Positions 59,539 to 64,000 of a stretch of 64,000 bases of DNA are shown in pieces (positions within the stretch are counted from its first letter, which is position 1; each line of letters opens with the position of its first letter). The stretch spans positions 1,504,001 through 1,568,000 of the forward strand of contig CAWHFW010000005.1 in assembly GCA_963828735.1 (NCBI GenBank), in the 5' to 3' direction. The notes below the pieces were generated by a model. It was not told where the DNA came from. It saw only the letters and a list, made by a program, of their open reading frames with translations, and ran no database searches. The stretch comes from an uncultured Gemmatimonadales bacterium. Lineage in GTDB: Bacteria; Gemmatimonadota; Gemmatimonadetes; Gemmatimonadales; GWC2-71-9. A program made the translations under genes and the position numbers.

Positions 59539-60662
59539 CCGACTACCTCCCATGATGCCCGCGCCACCCGATCGACCAGCGCGCGGCTCCGGTCGAACAG
59601 CCCGTCGCCCGCCTCGTACAGGCTGCCTCCGATCAGCAAGATGCACTCGACGCCGTAGAAGCCGATCAGGTCCGCCACGCGCTCGACGCGGATGCCGCCC
59701 GCGGCGACCGGAAACGCCGGCTTCACGCACGCGTGCCGCGCACGGAGCGCCCCGGCGAGCGCACGACAGGTCTCCGGGCTGTAGCTGAATCGTCCTCCGG
59801 CATGAGGGAAGATCACGGCATCGGCGCCGAACCAGCGGAACAGCTTGCCGAACAGGGCCGGCGCCTCCACGCGCGACACGCCGCCGAGCGCGGGGTGGGC
59901 GAAGAGGGGCAGGCCATCGGCAAGCGACGCGAGCTGCGCGAGCATCGGGAGTCCCGTCGTCATCGGCGAGACCAGCGCGGCCTTGGCGCCCGCGTCGCGC
60001 GCGAATCCGAGCTGTGCGAGCATCCGGTCCGGGGTTCCGATGAGATTGGGCACGTAGAGCGCACGACGGCCCGTCTCCCGTTCCGCGTCCTCGACGGCGC
60101 GGAGGCAGGCCTCCACCCGCGCCTCGTATGGACAGAACGGGTGGTCCGCCAGACCGTGGTCGTCCTTGACCACGTCGATGCCCGCGCGCGCGAACAGTCC
60201 ACACAGCGCCGCGAGACGATCCGGCGCGAGGCCCATCGGCTTGAGCGCCGTCGCGACGAGGGGGCGTCCGGTGACGCCGGTAAGCTCACGGATCCCGCCG
60301 ATGCCGGCGCGCGGGCCCGGAAGCCAGTCGAAGGCCGCAGTGGGCAGATCCACGTCGTCCAGCACGACGTCCGGCTGGAGCGAGGAGTTGCCGAAGAGCA
60401 CGTTGAGGAGCTGCGCGGGATCGCCTGCGGCAGTGGCGAGCGGCTGACTGATCGTCACCCGGTGCAGATCGCCGCCCACCAGCTCGATCCTCTCGACCGC
60501 GCCGAGGATGTGGGCCGCGACCCATGGGTCGCGTGCGGCGGTGGCGTGAGGGAGCTCGACCGTCTGCTCGAGCATGAGCGCTTCCGCGCGCGCCGCGATC
60601 TCGGCCGCCGGAGCGCGGATGAGATAGGTGACGCGCAGCGCCTCGTCCCTTCGGAGTGGCAC
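59535..60662 (-). CDS. RuBisCO-like protein (form IV), Rhodospirillum rubrum-type MTRu-1P isomerase
   Basis: EQTVE, QLLNVLFGNSSL, ALKPMGL, VKDDHGLAD, AHPALGG, GADAVIFP..GGRF, AAGG, LIGG. Confidence 0.88.
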   Translation of the reverse strand: MPLRRDEALRVTYLIRAPAAEIAARAEALMLEQTVELPHATAARDPWVAAHILGAVERIELVGGDLHRVTISQPLATAAGDPAQLLNVLFGNSSLQPDVVLDDVDLPTAAFDWLPGPRAGIGGIRELTGVTGRPLVATALKPMGLAPDRLAALCGLFARAGIDVVKDDHGLADHPFCPYEARVEACLRAVEDAERETGRRALYVPNLIGTPDRMLAQLGFARDAGAKAALVSPMTTGLPMLAQLASLADGLPLFAHPALGGVSRVEAPALFGKLFRWFGADAVIFPHAGGRFSYSPETCRALAGALRARHACVKPAFPVAAGGIRVERVADLIGFYGVECILLIGGSLYEAGDGLFDRSRALVDRVARASWEVVG

Positions 60663-60763
60663 CGAACCTCCCGAGTGGTGGGCCGACCGTCCCGTTGCTC
60701 CGTATTATATCCGCCCGGTGACCGCCGCTTGCCATTCCTCCAGGGTCCGGACACGTTCTTGCC

Positions 60764-62344
60764 ATGCTCGTACCCAGCCGATCGTTCCGCCTGCTCGCCG
60801 CGCTCGGCGCGGCCACTCTGCCGTCCACCACCGCCCTGGCCCAGAAGCCCGCCGCGCCGCCGCCCGGCTTCGATGCCTACGTGGCCCAGGTGCTCAAGGC
60901 CTTCACCGTCCCGGGCGCCGCCGTGGCGATCGTGAAGGACGGAAAGGTCGTGCTCGCCAAGGGCTACGGGGTTCGTCGGCTCGGCGAGCCCACGCCGGTG
61001 GACGCGCAGACGCAGTTCGGCATTGCCTCCAACACGAAGCTGTTCACCGCCAGCTCATTGGCGATGCTGGTCGAGGCGGGGAAGCTCGAGTGGGACGCCC
61101 CGGTGATTCGCTACCTGCCGTGGTTCGCGATGTACGACCCATTCGTCACCCGCGAGCTCACCGTGCGTGACCTGCTGGTCCATCGAAGCGGACTCGGACT
61201 GGGCGCAGGGGACCTGCTCTGGTGGCCGCCGTCCACGTACGACCGGAAGGAAATCGCTCGCCGGCTCCGATACATCAAGCCGGCGACCTCGTTCCGCACG
61301 GCGTACACCTACGACAACGTCCTCTATCTCGTTGCGGGCCAGGTGATCGAGGCCGTCTCCGGCCAGAGCTGGGAGGACTTCGTCCGCACGCACATTCTCC
61401 AGCCGGTCGGGATGACCCACAGCGACGTCTACCACTCGGCGGCCGGCCGCGCCGGCAACGTCGCCACACCCCATGCCGAGGTGAATGACACCGTCCGTCC
61501 GGTCGCTCCGTTCCTCAGCGACAACACCAACCCGGCCGGCGGCGTCGTGTCGGGTGCCGAAGACATCGCCAAGTGGCTCATCGTCCAGCTCGATTCGGGG
61601 CGCGTGGCCGGCGGGTCGCCACTCTTCTCGCCCGCGAGCACGCGGCAGCTCTGGCGAGAGGTGACGCCCGAACCGATCGGGGAGCCCGTGCCCGGCCTCG
61701 AACACCTCAGACCCAGCTTCTACGGTTACGCACTCGGCGTCGAGACCCGCGACTACCGCGGCAAACAGATGCTCACGCACACCGGCGGCCTCCCTGGGTA
61801 CGTCTCTCGTCTCGCGATGATCCCCGAGCTTCGGCTCGGCGTCGCGGTTCTGACCAATCAGGAATCGGGCCTCGCTTTCAACGCGATCGTCTATCGCGCG
61901 CTGGACCATTACCTCGGCGCGAAGCCGCCCGACTACATCGGCATCTACGGTGGGGTTCTGGCCCAGAATCGCTCCAAGCTGGCTCAACTCGAATCGTCGG
62001 CCGCCTCCGAACGGGACTCGACGGCCGGGCCTTCGCTGCCGCCGACGAAGTATGTCGGCACCTACCGCGACACCTGGTACGGCGACGTGAGCGTCACCCA
62101 GGAGGGCGCCGGCCTCGTCATCCGCATGATGCAGACGCCGGGCATGGTGGGCGACCTCCGTCATTGGCAGCACGACACCTTCATCGCTCGCTGGAGGGAT
62201 CGCGAGTTGCGCGCCGACGCGTTCGTGACCTTCGCGCTCAACCCCGACGGGAGCATCGACCAGGTGAAGATGGCGCCGACCTCTCCGGCGGTGGACTTCA
62301 GCTTCGACTTCCAGGATCTGCTCCTCCGCCCTGTGGTCAAATGA
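60764..62344 (+). CDS. secreted serine hydrolase (beta-lactamase family) with DUF3471-like C-terminal domain
   Basis: IASNTK, YTYDN, HTGG, YVGTY...YG. Confidence 0.88.
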   Translation: MLVPSRSFRLLAALGAATLPSTTALAQKPAAPPPGFDAYVAQVLKAFTVPGAAVAIVKDGKVVLAKGYGVRRLGEPTPVDAQTQFGIASNTKLFTASSLAMLVEAGKLEWDAPVIRYLPWFAMYDPFVTRELTVRDLLVHRSGLGLGAGDLLWWPPSTYDRKEIARRLRYIKPATSFRTAYTYDNVLYLVAGQVIEAVSGQSWEDFVRTHILQPVGMTHSDVYHSAAGRAGNVATPHAEVNDTVRPVAPFLSDNTNPAGGVVSGAEDIAKWLIVQLDSGRVAGGSPLFSPASTRQLWREVTPEPIGEPVPGLEHLRPSFYGYALGVETRDYRGKQMLTHTGGLPGYVSRLAMIPELRLGVAVLTNQESGLAFNAIVYRALDHYLGAKPPDYIGIYGGVLAQNRSKLAQLESSAASERDSTAGPSLPPTKYVGTYRDTWYGDVSVTQEGAGLVIRMMQTPGMVGDLRHWQHDTFIARWRDRELRADAFVTFALNPDGSIDQVKMAPTSPAVDFSFDFQDLLLRPVVK

Positions 62345-62516
62345 TCGCCAGTCGTGGCCCTGGCCTTGCTGATTCGGGCGACGTCCACGTCGTTCAGGCG
62401 ACCGGCGCCGCCGGAGCACCAGGGTCCAACTTGAGTCAGGGCAACACCTTGAGGTGATGCCTGGGCCTGGTCCCTGGTGCGCTCGCTCCCCGCACGCGCC
62501 CCGGAGGGCCCAGGCG

Positions 62517-63302
62517 ATGACCCGAATCGCAAGACTTCTCTGCGCCATGGCCATGGGTGCCGGCGCCCTCGCTCCGGCGCACCTCCACGCCCAGACTACC
62601 GCCACACCCGCCGAGCCCGTGCTCGAGCGCCGGACCATGCCGGCGCCGGTCGCGAGGGTGGAGCCGGACCCGTGGCTCGTATCGTACATCGGGCTCAGCG
62701 GCCGGACGGCGCGTATGAATCTCGCCCAGCTCGACCGCGCGCTGGAGCCGTACGGCGCCACCTACGCCAGGCTCCTTCCCGAGGACCGAACCCGGGTTCG
62801 ACAGTCGTTCGAGGATTTGATTCCCGGCCAGCGGTTCAGCCGGTATTCGCTCACCGAGCCGCAATCGAGAGCGATCGTGTACCTCGCCCTCGGCACGTGG
62901 GAACGGCGCGGCCCGGATCGGGATTGCGCCTCGCCGAGACGCAGAGGCACCGGCTGCCGCCAGGCGATCGACAGCATGAGTCGCCGCGCGGCCTGGATCC
63001 ATTCGGCGGCGCTCGGGCTCGCCCGTGCGAGCAATCGCCGGCCGCGTCCGGAGGAGCTGGCCGATCTACGCGCGATGAACGAGCACGCGCGAGAGATGGC
63101 GGTCGGGGCCGCCGGCTGCGGCTGCCCCCAAGCGCGAACGGACTCGGAGGCGTTGCTTGCCGCGACCCGTGAGGCGCAGGATGTCTACCAGGCCTCCACG
63201 ATGCCCGCCTGGATGAGCCTGGGTGACCAGCGAGTCCAGCGCATCGCGCGCCTGGGCGACTCGCTGGAGCGCACCTTCATCGGCTGCCTGGGCCAGCGCT
63301 GA
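62517..63302 (+). CDS. secreted hypothetical helical protein
   Basis: GGAGG RBS, signal peptide (LHA-Q), several Cys; no family recognised. Confidence 0.6.
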   Translation: MTRIARLLCAMAMGAGALAPAHLHAQTTATPAEPVLERRTMPAPVARVEPDPWLVSYIGLSGRTARMNLAQLDRALEPYGATYARLLPEDRTRVRQSFEDLIPGQRFSRYSLTEPQSRAIVYLALGTWERRGPDRDCASPRRRGTGCRQAIDSMSRRAAWIHSAALGLARASNRRPRPEELADLRAMNEHAREMAVGAAGCGCPQARTDSEALLAATREAQDVYQASTMPAWMSLGDQRVQRIARLGDSLERTFIGCLGQR

Positions 63303-63309
63303 GCGCGGG

Positions 63310-63469
63310 CCATGCCGGCTACCGCGCCGAGATGTCGACGCCGCGGTGATCGTATCGCCCTCGCCGTATCGCGCATCGCACCGGTTTCGGGGGCTGGCCG
63401 CCGATGCTTACTTCACCCCGCCAGCGCCGCCAACAGCAGGCAGGCCGACGCTTGTGTAGTCCATCTCAT
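63310..63469 (-). pseudogene. probable interrupted small lipoprotein
   Basis: GAGGAG RBS, MRWTTQASACLLLAALAG then TGA exactly at the lipobox Cys position; 3' extent uncertain. Confidence 0.45.
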
Positions 63470-63590
63470 GGGTTGTACCTCTCCTCAGTGACAGAGCGAT
63501 GCCTTTCCACCCGTCCAGGCGAGGGTGCGAATCGGAAACGCTCACCGGCGTGACCACCGTCACCTCACGCGAGGTCTCCCAGGAGCCGTC

Positions 63591-64000
63591 GTGCAACACC
63601 CCATACGTCATCTGCATCATGTCACGGCCACCGTCGCGCAGGCGCAGCCCGACCTGGATTTCTGTCGCGGGCTGCTCGGCCTGCGACTCGTCAAGCGGAC
63701 GGTGAACTTCGACAATCACAGCGTCTACCACTTCTACTATGGCACCGAGCGGGGCGCGCCGGGCACGATCTGGACGACGTTTCCGTACGCCGGATGGAGC
63801 GTGCCGCCAGGCCTCCACGGCGCGGGACAGATCGTGGCGACCACCTTCTCCGTTCCACGCGGCGCGCTCGCGCACTGGCGGTCCCGTGCCGACGGCGCCG
63901 CACTCGACGCGGAGGAGGGCGCCGAGCGGTTCGGGGAACGACCACTCGTCTTGCGTGACCCATCCGGCCTCGTGGTCGAGCTCATTCCCGACGATCGCGA
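63591..64000 (+). CDS. ring-cleaving dioxygenase, VOC family (partial)
   Basis: AGGAG RBS, GTG; LHHVTATV...LGLRLVKRTVNFDNHSVYHFYYG...GTIWTTFPY; runs off the window. Confidence 0.85.
   Translation, partial: MQHPIRHLHHVTATVAQAQPDLDFCRGLLGLRLVKRTVNFDNHSVYHFYYGTERGAPGTIWTTFPYAGWSVPPGLHGAGQIVATTFSVPRGALAHWRSRADGAALDAEEGAERFGERPLVLRDPSGLVVELIPDDR

Noticed and set aside
59535..60662. Possible CO2-fixing RuBisCO
   Set aside because: KDDH rather than KDDE, short length, no small subunit or phosphoribulokinase nearby; it is a form IV RLP.

Overview
GC-rich bacterial chromosomal segment. Gene content and order suggest Gemmatimonadota, but this is inference. It is probably origin-proximal, since it carries mnmG, two parS sites and parA-parB. 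Housekeeping loci include a queG operon, a BMP-type nucleoside ABC transporter with an embedded Nif3 gene, parAB-M23-bactofilin, a complete sufR-BCDSU operon extended by bacilliredoxin and an unknown His-rich protein, def, rnd, polA and pyrE. The right third is more accessory. It holds (i) a predicted exported, C-terminally anchored TPR-CHAT (caspase-like) protease facing an ECF sigma/zinc anti-sigma pair, with two neighbouring genes sharing an identical ECF-type promoter motif (CTGAGAA-N17-CGTC), which is the best candidate for an undescribed proteolytic signalling system, and (ii) a Rhodospirillum-type RuBisCO-like protein plus cupin pair (MTA-isoprenoid shunt). Non-coding signals include many leaderless promoters, a recurring 23-bp AAGT-N15-ACTT-like motif, an 8-mer tandem repeat in the polA promoter and several structured-RNA candidates. 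No rRNA, tRNA, CRISPR array, transposase or integrase was recognised. All protein calls come from reading motifs by eye, not from database searches.
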